Assembly (NCBI GenBank): GCA_964624225.1
Contig: CAZUZJ010000001.1
Location: 1-52,080, forward strand
Source of the DNA: an uncultured Desulfobulbia bacterium
GTDB taxonomy: Bacteria; Desulfobacterota; Desulfobulbia; Desulfobulbales; SURF-16
Reading direction: 5' to 3'
DNA: 52,080 nt
The position numbers were made by a program, and so were the translations under genes. The notes under the pieces were generated by a model. The model was not told the DNA's origin and did no database searches. It saw only the letters and a program-made list of their open reading frames with translations. Below are positions 7,981 through 16,189 of this stretch, piece by piece; within the stretch, counting starts at the first letter, position 1, and each line of letters opens with the position of its first letter.

Positions 7981-10458
7981 ATGGGATACCTGGAAGATGT
8001 AAGGCAAGCACTGTTGAATCGCTGCCCGGCGATGCTGTACGACTGGCTCCCTGATGGACGGCAAGAGGGGCGGTATTACGTCTGCGCTGACATTACGGGG
8101 GGCAGAGGAAATTCACTCAAGGTCAATCTTAAAACTGGCCGCTGGGAGGACTACTCGCAGGGCCACCAGCCTGGCACCTACGGCTCCGACCTAGTATCAC
8201 TCTATGCCGCAACCAAGGGCAAGGAATACAAAGAGGCCCTCCACGAACTCGCGGCGATGCTGGACATCAAGCCTGAGAAGCTCAAGCGCTCCGACCCGAC
8301 GGAGTGGCAGGTTATAACCCCAGTCCCGCGCAGCGCCTATGAAGTCGGGACGGACGGCCTGCCCAAACTGCCGGATGTCCCGCGCGCTAAGGGAAACGCT
8401 GGCTACTGGTCCTACGTTGACCGAGACGGGGAGCTTCTGTGCTTCCGATACCGCATGGAGAGCGGAGAGGTTAACGGGCACGGGAAACGCAAAAAGGAGG
8501 TCAAGCCGCTGACCTACTGCCGGAACAAGCACAGCGGGGAGTGCGCATGGATCACCCGCGACCTGCCGTCGCCCATGCCGCTCTACAACCTTTTCGACCT
8601 TGCGAACGTTCAGCCGAAGCGCGTGTTGGTCGTCGAGGGCGAGTCGTGCGCCTCGTCAGGGCAGCGCGTTCTTCCCAATTGGACGGTTACGACATGGTCG
8701 GGCGGCGTCAGGCGCGTGCGGATGGCCGACTGGTCGCCGCTTAAAGTCCTACCGCGCGAGACGATGGTCGTACTCTGGCCGGACAACGACCACGCCGGAC
8801 AGGAAGCTATGAACGACGTCATTGAGATGCTGGATCGGCCAGTTGATATTGTGAGACCCGACCAAGCATGGCCCGCTGGGTACGACATCGCAGACTTGGT
8901 TGAGCACGGCTGGGACACCGCCAAAATCGAGACCTTCATCGCCCAGAGCACGCACCGCGTGGAGCCCGAGCCACGAAAGGAACGCCCGGCGGTCGAACTC
9001 ACCGGCAAAGACTACTACGAGCACATGAAGGCGCTGTATCCCGCGATCCGAGACTCTGAGAGCCCGCTCTATGAGTCGGCTGGGGGCATCATCGTCCACA
9101 TCAAGCGGGACATATTCGGGAACCAGTACGTCAACCCCGTGGGGCCATCAGAACTCCAGGCGTGGGCGGCACGATACCTCGACTGCTACGGTTACACCGC
9201 ACACGGGCGGTCCCCGTGCCACATCTCGGACCCCCTTGCGAATGCTCTGGTCTACAACTGCAACGGCCAGCTCATGCCGCTCGTTCGTTACGCGGATCAC
9301 CCAATCGTCACGGCATCCGGCGATATCATTAACCGGCCCGGCTACAATCCGGTTGCCAAGTGCTACCTCTCAATCCCGGATGGCTACGACCCCGAAATGC
9401 CGCTCGACCAAGCAATCGACCTGATCATGGACCTGCTGGCAGACTTCCCTTTTGAAAACAAGGATGCTGATCTGGCCGCTGCAGTAGCCTATCCCTTGAC
9501 CGCGATACTCCGGGACAGGATCGCGGGGCCGGTGCCGCTTTTCAAATTCGAGGCTCCCGAGCACGGCACTGGCAAGAGCCTGCTCTGCGAAGTCCTGACG
9601 CACATATTCTCCACGCGGCCTTCGATATACGGGATGCCGAGCGAGGAAGAGGAAACGAGAAAGCAAATCACTTCGGCACTAATCAGGATGCCCCCCGTCA
9701 TCATCTGGGACAATGTTTACAAGATGGAAAGCGGATACCTGAAGAAGGCCCTAAGCGAGCCGGAGTGGACGGACCGGCTTCTGGGACGCAACAGGGAGAT
9801 AACCATCCCAATCCGCACGGTCTGGGCGGCCACGGTGAATAACCCGGTGATGTCCCGTGAGCTGCTCCGGCGGTCGGTGAGGGTCAGGATCAACGCCCAT
9901 GTCGAGAACCCGGAGGATCGGTCGGGGTGGAGGCACGATCTCCCTCATTACGCCAAGGAGAACCGGGCGGTATTGCTAAGCGCTTGGGTGGCCCTGGCGC
10001 GGGCCGGGCTTGAAGAGAGCACGAACGGCTTGCCGCGAATGGGAAGGTACGAGTCTTGGGTTAAAACCGTAGGGTCATCACTCGCAGCGGGCGGTTTTTC
10101 TGGCTTCCTCTCAACCCTTGCCGAGGACCGGAAGCTCTGCGAGGACCCAAAAACGGCGGGGATTAACGCCTTCGTTTCGGCCTGGGCGCAAGACTTCGGG
10201 AACCAGACTGTCACCGTCAAGCAGTTGGCCGAGCTAGCATCCCGGGTTGACGCGCTCAGCATCAGACGGCGAAAGGACGGAGCGGTGTCTGCCGAATCAA
10301 TGGGGTGGCTGCTGAGCACACTCAGGGGCAAGGTGATTGAAGGGCTACTAATTGACGGGCCGTACAAAAACGAAAGCGGACGCTCGTACCGGCTGGCTGG
10401 CGACATCGAAGAGCAGCAGAGAGATTTCAAGATGGAGGCATCTGGCGATGAATTCTAG
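7981..10458 (+). CDS. Bifunctional Toprim primase / P-loop helicase (P4-alpha / D5-like replication protein)
   Basis: GGTGG RBS. The Toprim motifs are VLVVEGESCA and LWPDNDHAGQEA. The Walker A motif is APEHGTGKSLL. Confidence 0.85.
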   Translation: MGYLEDVRQALLNRCPAMLYDWLPDGRQEGRYYVCADITGGRGNSLKVNLKTGRWEDYSQGHQPGTYGSDLVSLYAATKGKEYKEALHELAAMLDIKPEKLKRSDPTEWQVITPVPRSAYEVGTDGLPKLPDVPRAKGNAGYWSYVDRDGELLCFRYRMESGEVNGHGKRKKEVKPLTYCRNKHSGECAWITRDLPSPMPLYNLFDLANVQPKRVLVVEGESCASSGQRVLPNWTVTTWSGGVRRVRMADWSPLKVLPRETMVVLWPDNDHAGQEAMNDVIEMLDRPVDIVRPDQAWPAGYDIADLVEHGWDTAKIETFIAQSTHRVEPEPRKERPAVELTGKDYYEHMKALYPAIRDSESPLYESAGGIIVHIKRDIFGNQYVNPVGPSELQAWAARYLDCYGYTAHGRSPCHISDPLANALVYNCNGQLMPLVRYADHPIVTASGDIINRPGYNPVAKCYLSIPDGYDPEMPLDQAIDLIMDLLADFPFENKDADLAAAVAYPLTAILRDRIAGPVPLFKFEAPEHGTGKSLLCEVLTHIFSTRPSIYGMPSEEEETRKQITSALIRMPPVIIWDNVYKMESGYLKKALSEPEWTDRLLGRNREITIPIRTVWAATVNNPVMSRELLRRSVRVRINAHVENPEDRSGWRHDLPHYAKENRAVLLSAWVALARAGLEESTNGLPRMGRYESWVKTVGSSLAAGGFSGFLSTLAEDRKLCEDPKTAGINAFVSAWAQDFGNQTVTVKQLAELASRVDALSIRRRKDGAVSAESMGWLLSTLRGKVIEGLLIDGPYKNESGRSYRLAGDIEEQQRDFKMEASGDEF

Positions 10459-10461
10459 ATT

Positions 10462-10665
10462 GAAAACCGTCAAAACCTTCATTAATAGCCGCAATCCTGA
10501 CGGTTCTACCGGTTCGATACGGTTCTACATATTAAATTATAAATTAAAAATATAAATGAGTATGGAAAACCGTCAAAACTGGACAAACCGTCAGGATGTA
10601 AATTTTACATAGTTTTATGCGGCTGCATTTTTTGGTGTTGAAGAAAACCGACAGAACCTTCAGGA
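10462..10665. other. Putative replication origin: iterons flanking an AT-rich unwinding element
   Basis: GAAAACCGTCAAAAC occurs at 10462-10476 and 10565-10579. AACCGTCAGGA occurs at 10586-10596 and inverted at 10496-10506. CGGTTCTAC occurs at 10501 and 10520, and GAAAACCGACAGAAC at 10643. The AT-rich stretch is 10529-10560. Confidence 0.5.
10597..10609. promoter_or_regulatory. TGTAA-N3-TTACA palindrome (exact copy)
   Basis: tgtaaattttaca, in the origin-proximal intergenic region. Confidence 0.5.
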
Positions 10666-10698
10666 GGCAGGGTTGTTGGCGAGGATGTTATGGAGCGC

Positions 10699-10729
10699 GA
10701 ATTCTTCGCAATTATTCCCTTGACAAACC
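10699..10729. repeat. Target-site duplication (10699-10706, GAATTCTT) plus left inverted repeat (10707-10729)
   Basis: IRL is cgcaattattcccttgacaaacc. It matches the reverse complement of 13252-13274 at 19 of 23 positions. Confidence 0.75.
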
Positions 10730-10769
10730 AAGCAGTCTATGAGATGATTAAGGCGTAAAAGGAAACGCT

Positions 10770-11702
10770 ATGAATCTTATAGACCTAGCCCAACAATTCA
10801 GCAACGAGCGTGGCGCCAGAGCTTACCTCGAAAATCTCCTATGGCCCGATGGGCCGATCTGCCCAAAGTGCGGATTGGTCAATGAAGCCTACAAGCTCCA
10901 ACCTCGGAAGACTTCAAAGAGCCCCGTGCGCGAGGGAGTGTACAAGTGCAAAGGATGCGGCAAGCAGTTCACCGTGACCGTGAACACGATTTTCGAGGAT
11001 TCGCATATTCCGCTTCATAAGTGGATGATGGCAATTCACCTGATGAACGCCAGCAAAAAGGGAATGTCTGCGCATCAGATTCACCGCATGTTGGGCTTAG
11101 GCTATCGCGCCGCATGGTTCATGTGTCACCGCATTCGCTACGCTATGAATGCGGGGCCAGATGCCCCTAAGCTTAACGGCACAATCGAAGCTGATGAAAC
11201 CTATGTTGGCGGCAAGGTGAGAGGCAAAGGCTGTTATGTGGCCCGGCAGAAGAAAGCCCCGGTGGTGACTCTTGTCGAACGCAATGGAAAAGCCAGGTCG
11301 TTTCACTTTGAGCAAGTATGCGCCAGCAATCTGCGGCCTGTAGTCAAGGAACACATTGAGCAAGGCGCAAGCCTGATGACTGATGACTCGGGGTTGTACG
11401 CCAGCATGCGAGGCCACTTCAGCTCTCACGATGTAGTAAAGCATTCTCTTGGCGAATATGCGAGGCATGAAGTAGGCAAGACTGTTCACACCAACACAGT
11501 AGAAGGATTTTTCTCCATCCTGAAACGTGGAATTTTTGGGACTTACCATCATATCGGCAAGCAGCATCTTCATCGGTACCTGGACGAGTTTGACTTTCGC
11601 TACAATGCGAGAGATACTTCGGACGGTGAGCGATCTGAATTGGCTGTTAAAGGAGTAGTTGGCAAGCGACTTATGTACCGGGACTCATCCGGAACCGCAT
11701 AG
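10770..11702 (+). CDS. IS1595-family (ISXO2-like) DDE transposase with an N-terminal zinc ribbon
   Basis: CPKCG...YKCKGCGKQFTVTVNTIFEDSHIPLHKWMMAIHLM is the zinc-ribbon/HTH region. IEADETYVGGK is a signature of the IS1595 DDE domain. Confidence 0.85.
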   Translation: MNLIDLAQQFSNERGARAYLENLLWPDGPICPKCGLVNEAYKLQPRKTSKSPVREGVYKCKGCGKQFTVTVNTIFEDSHIPLHKWMMAIHLMNASKKGMSAHQIHRMLGLGYRAAWFMCHRIRYAMNAGPDAPKLNGTIEADETYVGGKVRGKGCYVARQKKAPVVTLVERNGKARSFHFEQVCASNLRPVVKEHIEQGASLMTDDSGLYASMRGHFSSHDVVKHSLGEYARHEVGKTVHTNTVEGFFSILKRGIFGTYHHIGKQHLHRYLDEFDFRYNARDTSDGERSELAVKGVVGKRLMYRDSSGTA

Positions 11703-11725
11703 TCGGCAAGTTTGACGGGTCTCTT

Positions 11726-12511
11726 ATGAATCGGCAACGTGAAGAAATCCCGTTCACAGTCAAGCTCGAAAGTGACGAGCCACTCAGTGTCAGGATAATC
11801 GCGGAAACACTGAGGGACATCGAAAATATGCTTTCTGACATTGAAAAGCATATCTTCAACACTTCCGACGCAAGAGCCCAATGGAAGTGGCCTGACGAAG
11901 CGGAACTTGAAGTGGTAGCGACTGTCAACGGCCTGGACCGAGCCCAACTAAGCCGAATTGTCGAAGAGGCAGAGAGGGGATTTGCAGAAGCTAAAGAGGC
12001 AAAAGGCAGCGTAAACTGGCCGTCTGGCTTTGGTCCCGCCGCGCAGCACTCCGCACGAAAGATTCTAGGCAGGCTTGAAAAACTTAACTCGATTATCGTT
12101 CGCGCAGAGGATCGCAGGCCCGTTACGATAACCACTGTGGAGATAGGGAAAAGAGTAACTGGAAAGCTGATCTCTCGACGGTGCGCCTATTCCTCCGTAG
12201 AGGGCAGGCTGGAACTTATATCCCATCGTGGGAAGCTCCGTGCGGCTGTGAAGGAAAACGTGACGGATTGTGTTGTTCAATGTACGTTTTCTGACGAACT
12301 GCTGGACGTGATCAAAGAACTCTTTGACAAAAGAGTAGTAGTCGAAGGCCTCGTAAATTACCGAGAAAATGGTGAGCCGATCTCTATAACGAAGGTAAGC
12401 AGCGTTACAGAGCGAAAACATGGCGCACCTCTTAGAGACTTCATCGGGTCCGCTCCAGACATAACCGGCGGCGTAAGCAGTGATGAGTTTATCGCCCGGC
12501 TACGGGGCTAG
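11726..12511 (+). CDS. Hypothetical 261-aa cargo protein (possible antitoxin or sensor partner of the PIN protein)
   Basis: Starts 23 nt after the transposase stop and lies inside the IRs. The C-terminal FIGSAPDITGGVSSDEFIARLRG resembles the tails of PIN-associated antitoxins. No other motif recognised. Confidence 0.65.
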   Translation: MNRQREEIPFTVKLESDEPLSVRIIAETLRDIENMLSDIEKHIFNTSDARAQWKWPDEAELEVVATVNGLDRAQLSRIVEEAERGFAEAKEAKGSVNWPSGFGPAAQHSARKILGRLEKLNSIIVRAEDRRPVTITTVEIGKRVTGKLISRRCAYSSVEGRLELISHRGKLRAAVKENVTDCVVQCTFSDELLDVIKELFDKRVVVEGLVNYRENGEPISITKVSSVTERKHGAPLRDFIGSAPDITGGVSSDEFIARLRG

Positions 12512-12558
12512 CAAGCGGCTGTCCCAAGCTGCACTTCCGATTCTTTTTGCGAGATAAT

Positions 12559-13077
12559 ATGAGCGAAGGGCCACAAATCCAGTACTGGGATGCTTGCCTG
12601 TTTATATCGCTTCTCATAAAGGAAAAAGATCGGGCGACAACCATTGAGAAACTTCTGGACAGGCAGGAGAGAGGTCACTTAGTAATTACCATATCGACGC
12701 TAGTTATTGCCGAAGTTCGCCCGGATGAATTAAACCCTGACCTCGACCCGATGCAGTATAAGCGCATTCAGGAGCTTTTTAACTCCGACAGACTAGATTA
12801 TCGAGCCGTGACACCCGCTATTGCCGAACGGGCTCGGGAGATCGGCGTTCAGCATCCTAAGCTACTGCCGCCCGATTGCATCCATATCGCGACGGCGCTG
12901 GCGGCAAAAGCGGCTGTTCTGTTTACGTTTGATGGCGTCGGACCCAAAAGGCGCCGTCCTGGAGAAATGGTCCGGTTTAACGGACTATTTGGAAATCCTC
13001 CACTTAAGATATGTGCGCCATATGTCGAGGAGGGACCACTGTTTGATGCGCAAAAAGCCCAAGAAACTGAAGGTTGA
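12559..13077 (+). CDS. PIN-domain nuclease (VapC-like)
   Basis: The acidic residues fit the PIN pattern: YWDACLF (Asp), VIAEVR (Glu), PPDCIHIATA (Asp) and FTFDG (Asp). TTG at 12547 is an alternative start. Confidence 0.75.
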   Translation: MSEGPQIQYWDACLFISLLIKEKDRATTIEKLLDRQERGHLVITISTLVIAEVRPDELNPDLDPMQYKRIQELFNSDRLDYRAVTPAIAERAREIGVQHPKLLPPDCIHIATALAAKAAVLFTFDGVGPKRRRPGEMVRFNGLFGNPPLKICAPYVEEGPLFDAQKAQETEG

Positions 13078-13210
13078 TAGAATCCTAAAAGAATTCCAGA
13101 AATCTGAGCAGTCATCCTCTCATCGCCGCGACGCCTTCAAGATCGAAGGTGATTTCGAGGACGCCGTGCGGAAGATCGCCGGAGCCAAGCCCAAACCGAA
13201 AGGGCGCTAA
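13046..13210 (+). CDS. Possible 54-aa basic protein overlapping the PIN gene 3' end
   Basis: Internal ATG of ORF 12821-13210, translating MRKKPKKLKVDRILKEF...AGAKPKPKGR. It ends 42 nt before IRR. No clear RBS. Confidence 0.3.
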   Translation: MRKKPKKLKVDRILKEFQKSEQSSSHRRDAFKIEGDFEDAVRKIAGAKPKPKGR

Positions 13211-13251
13211 GTTCACGCCTGCCCGTCAACGCTCTCACCATCCTACCACAA

Positions 13252-13282
13252 GGTTTGTCAAAGGCATAATTCCTGAATTCTT
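13252..13282. repeat. Right inverted repeat (13252-13274) plus target-site duplication (13275-13282, GAATTCTT)
   Basis: ggtttgtcaaaggcataattcct is followed directly by gaattctt. Confidence 0.75.
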
Positions 13283-13357
13283 CAAGCAGACGCTACCTCT
13301 TAAGGGGCGCTTAGGAGAGAAATTCAAGTTAGGTAGGTTTTATATGATCATCCACCT

Positions 13358-13576
13358 CTAGGTACATATGTGGCGTTCCCTTACCCTTTTTTCAAATGTC
13401 ACATAGTCACACCCAAACTCGCGTTCTACCGGATTTTTCTGGCTGACTCTGTGTATGCGGGTGAGATTACCCCTTCGGTCCTCTTCATACCAGATAATAG
13501 CGAAAGGTACTCCCAGTTTTTTTGCTAGCTTCAGGCCGACAGGGGCCGGCTTGAAATTGGAGCCATCGCCGTGACA
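13358..13576 (-). pseudogene. Start-less 72-codon open frame continuing the 13531-14106 gene in another frame (frameshifted gene or remnant)
   Basis: Hand translation: CHGDGSNFKPAPVGLKLAKKLGVPFAIIWYEEDRRGNLTRIHRVSQKNPVEREFGCDYVTFEKRVRERHICT*. Protein-like composition, but no ATG/GTG/TTG near its 5' end. It overlaps the end of the upstream ORF by 46 nt. Confidence 0.3.
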
Positions 13577-14106
13577 TCAATGCTTTCGTCGGCGACAGGG
13601 GCTAATTTGATGTCTGAGCAGAAGATTTCGACTTCATTTGAGTTACCGACGGATTCTTTACACTTAGTTCTTTCCTCGCGCAGCTGGCTTTTGAAATCCT
13701 TTGAAACCGACTTGATGAATCCAGTGACACTCAAGGCTTCCTTAGCTTTGGCTTCTTCAAGTTTCTGGCTGAGCCGCTCGGGGCTTAGCGCTCGCCGGAG
13801 AAGCTGGGAACGAGCGGAGATTCTCCAAGTGATGCCTTCGGGTACAAATTTCGGCCTGCCGCGATTTTCCTTCCCGACGGGTAGGAAATTCTTCTCGTTG
13901 GCCAGAAATTCTCCCAGCAGCCATAGCGCGCGAATCTGAACCTCCGTGGCGTAGTCCACCACTTCTTTCCCGGCCTTGACCCGCTGGGCATAAACTCTGG
14001 CCGCCGCAGCTAGGTCTGAGATTCGCTTAGCGTCTTGAATTGTTTTGGCTTGGAAAAGAAGCTTAGAAGCTTGGTCTATTTTCGCGAGGACGGCATCATC
14101 GACCAT
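13531..14106 (-). CDS. Hypothetical early protein; its helical N-domain resembles those fused to phage DNA methylases, and its C-end looks like a decayed methylase motif
   Basis: IQDAKRISDLAAAARVYAQRVKAGKEVVDYATEVQIRALWLLGEFL is the helical domain. EIFCSDIKLAPVADESIDVTAMAP aligns by eye with ...GD...LPDESVDLIxTDPPY, but the DPPY motif is lost. Confidence 0.6.
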   Translation of the reverse strand: MVDDAVLAKIDQASKLLFQAKTIQDAKRISDLAAAARVYAQRVKAGKEVVDYATEVQIRALWLLGEFLANEKNFLPVGKENRGRPKFVPEGITWRISARSQLLRRALSPERLSQKLEEAKAKEALSVTGFIKSVSKDFKSQLREERTKCKESVGNSNEVEIFCSDIKLAPVADESIDVTAMAPISSRPLSA

Positions 14107-14155
14107 GGATTCTCCTTAGCGAGAGAACGTGCACGTGATCACGGTACCGCAAAAC

Positions 14156-14698
14156 CTACGGGGATAGCTCCAGATAGTGCAGCGCGAACTCCTGGAGGAG
14201 CCGCTGGCAAATCTCCTGCCCCAGCCTCCGGCTAGACGCGAATATGGGGTTGACCCCAAACTTGCAAGCCCAGCAGATCGCCGAGGCCAGCGCCGCGTTT
14301 CCCGACACCAGGCTGCGCTCGTATCCGGCCTTGATCGTTCGGGCGTCGGCTTCGATCAAGAGATAGGCCGTCATGCCGCGCAAACGGGCCAATTCTCGCT
14401 CGAAGCGCTCCCTGCCGTGTCCAACTACCCCGAAATAGTCTGAGAGGCTTTTACGCTCAATTACGATGGGCAGGAGTTCACCGTCAAGCTCGACCGAGTA
14501 GTCCCCGGCGTCCAGGGCGTAGCACAGAGTGCCGCCGTCGTCGAACTCACGGCGTGGCTTGGAGAAGGAATACGCCATTTTTTCCCTCGAATCGACCACA
14601 AAGGTTAAGACTGGACGCGGCCTAGCTTTTCCTGTTGCGATTGTAGTACTCCTGCCGTGAAGCGTACTTTCGGCGCTTGTCGGTTTGTGCACGGTCAT
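14156..14698 (-). CDS. ERCC4-type (Mus81/XPF-like) nuclease domain protein
   Basis: The ERCC4 motif series is VVDSREK, then GDYSV, then IERKSLSDY, then LLIEA. The start is uncertain: ATG at 14698 overlaps the upstream HNH gene by 77 nt. Confidence 0.65.
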   Translation of the reverse strand: MTVHKPTSAESTLHGRSTTIATGKARPRPVLTFVVDSREKMAYSFSKPRREFDDGGTLCYALDAGDYSVELDGELLPIVIERKSLSDYFGVVGHGRERFERELARLRGMTAYLLIEADARTIKAGYERSLVSGNAALASAICWACKFGVNPIFASSRRLGQEICQRLLQEFALHYLELSP

Positions 14699-15245
14699 GG
14701 ATTCTTTTGCATTCCCTGCACCACCGGCCTTTCCTCGATGGCCGACCGGCAAGGCTCGGGCCTTCATAGGGATGGCCCCTGGGACAATGAGTCTTGCGGG
14801 CGTTCTTCCCCAAAGATGCGTGATCGGTCTTAGCCACGTTAAGGAGATGGTGAGGATTTACGCACAGGGTGTTTTCGCAAAGATGGTGAAGTAGCCTATT
14901 GCTGGTTGGGAGCCTGTTGCCGGCGAGCACCCACGAGATTCGATGCGCATCGATGGGCCTACGGAGCACATTTAGGACGCCGTAGCCTTTATGGCTAAAT
15001 CCCGTCCAAAGCCAACATTTGCCGAGGCTGGGCTTGCCCGAGGGTGGAGGTCCATCTTTGTTGACATTTTTCCAAAATCGGGCGGCGACTCCAGCTCTCG
15101 GGACGCTGGTTTTTGCGTACCTCCCCGGTGGGCTCAGGATCGCAGTTTCGAGCGCATTCACGTCCATGCAGAATTGACTGTCCACGTCTTCCTCCCAGGC
15201 GTGATTGCATCCGTTCCAGTCGATTCTTGTGTTTGGGTTTGCCAT
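14622..15245 (-). CDS. HNH homing-type endonuclease (HNH_3)
   Basis: CWLWTGFSHKGYGVL...AHRISW...HHLCENTLCVNPHHL is the classic phage HNH_3 pattern. The start overlaps the upstream stop (TAATG). Confidence 0.85.
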   Translation of the reverse strand: MANPNTRIDWNGCNHAWEEDVDSQFCMDVNALETAILSPPGRYAKTSVPRAGVAARFWKNVNKDGPPPSGKPSLGKCWLWTGFSHKGYGVLNVLRRPIDAHRISWVLAGNRLPTSNRLLHHLCENTLCVNPHHLLNVAKTDHASLGKNARKTHCPRGHPYEGPSLAGRPSRKGRWCRECKRIHDRAQTDKRRKYASRQEYYNRNRKS

Positions 15246-16189
15246 TAGCTCTTTGCCTCCCTCACGACAAATCTCCGGCTTTCGGGGCTGATCTTGGTCT
15301 GCACCGAGGAAACCCCCCTCTTGCCCCGCAGGGTGGCTAGAACGCTCATGACAGAGTTCATGGCCTCCTGCGACTCGAAGCTGAGCGTCGCCTTCCAGGA
15401 CGGCCTTACGCGCTCCCAGTTTGCCCGCCATCCGGCGGCGCAAGCGGAGTTGGACAGTCCCATCAGGCATTTTAGCTCCGAGTCGGCCTCCGCCTTAAGT
15501 TCTTCGAATTCCTCTATTTTCTGCTGGGCGTACTGCCGTCTTGTGATTGCCGCCAGCCATTTGTCCTCTGGGACCTCCGCCGGTTGGTCGGGCCACCGGT
15601 CGTTGCTGACCGCTTCCCAGAACTCCCGAATCGCTGGCTTGGCGTACGTTTCCCAGAACTCGCCCAGGCTCAGTTCATCGCCCCAATTGTCCCATACGCT
15701 CACTGGGAGAAGCTCCTTCTGGCCGGAGGCATGGTGGGCGACGAAGAAATCACAGGTCTCGACGTCGAATATGTCCATCATGGCGGCGCACTGGAGCTGG
15801 TAATGAGCGGGCACTACCCCGCGCTGCATGGACCTAAGCAGCCGGTCGCTGGACGGGCTTTTTAGCTCGACCAGGCATTTTTCTTCCGCGTACCAAGCGT
15901 CCGCGAAGCAGCGAAGGAATTCGAATTCTTGATGCTGGGCGCATACCTGCCGCTGAGCCTTTTCTTTGTGGGGGACGGCCTGTTCGTAGAGCCGGAAGGT
16001 TTCGTCCTCCATTTCCAGCCCAAACTTCATGGCCTCAGTCTGCGGCGGCTTCTCGCGCCGGCCGGTCTTGATCTGCCAAAGCTCATAGGCCGTCTGCCAC
16101 GGGTCGTAGCCAACGATGGCGGCGACCTGCGACGCCCCGATCTGAACCTCGGATTTCATCACTTCTGGGTCAATAAATTTTACGGCCAT
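15245..16189 (-). CDS. YqaJ-type recombination exonuclease (lambda Exo-like PD-(D/E)XK)
   Basis: IGASQVAAIVGYDPWQTAYELWQIKTG is a YqaJ N-terminal signature. LVELKS and YQLQCAAMM are also present. Confidence 0.8.
   Translation of the reverse strand: MAVKFIDPEVMKSEVQIGASQVAAIVGYDPWQTAYELWQIKTGRREKPPQTEAMKFGLEMEDETFRLYEQAVPHKEKAQRQVCAQHQEFEFLRCFADAWYAEEKCLVELKSPSSDRLLRSMQRGVVPAHYQLQCAAMMDIFDVETCDFFVAHHASGQKELLPVSVWDNWGDELSLGEFWETYAKPAIREFWEAVSNDRWPDQPAEVPEDKWLAAITRRQYAQQKIEEFEELKAEADSELKCLMGLSNSACAAGWRANWERVRPSWKATLSFESQEAMNSVMSVLATLRGKRGVSSVQTKISPESRRFVVREAKS

Larger units (their letters stand above)
10707..13274 (+). mobile_element. IS1595-family transposon (2568 bp) carrying three cargo ORFs
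   Basis: Bounded by 23-bp imperfect IRs and an 8-bp direct repeat, GAATTCTT. It contains an ISXO2-like transposase gene. GC content and RBS usage look lower than in the flanking phage DNA. Confidence 0.75.

Noticed and set aside
10720-10748. A transposase promoter formed by the TTGACA inside IRL.
   Set aside because: No acceptable -10 hexamer lies at 16-18 nt spacing (GATGAT or ATGATT only), so it is not called.
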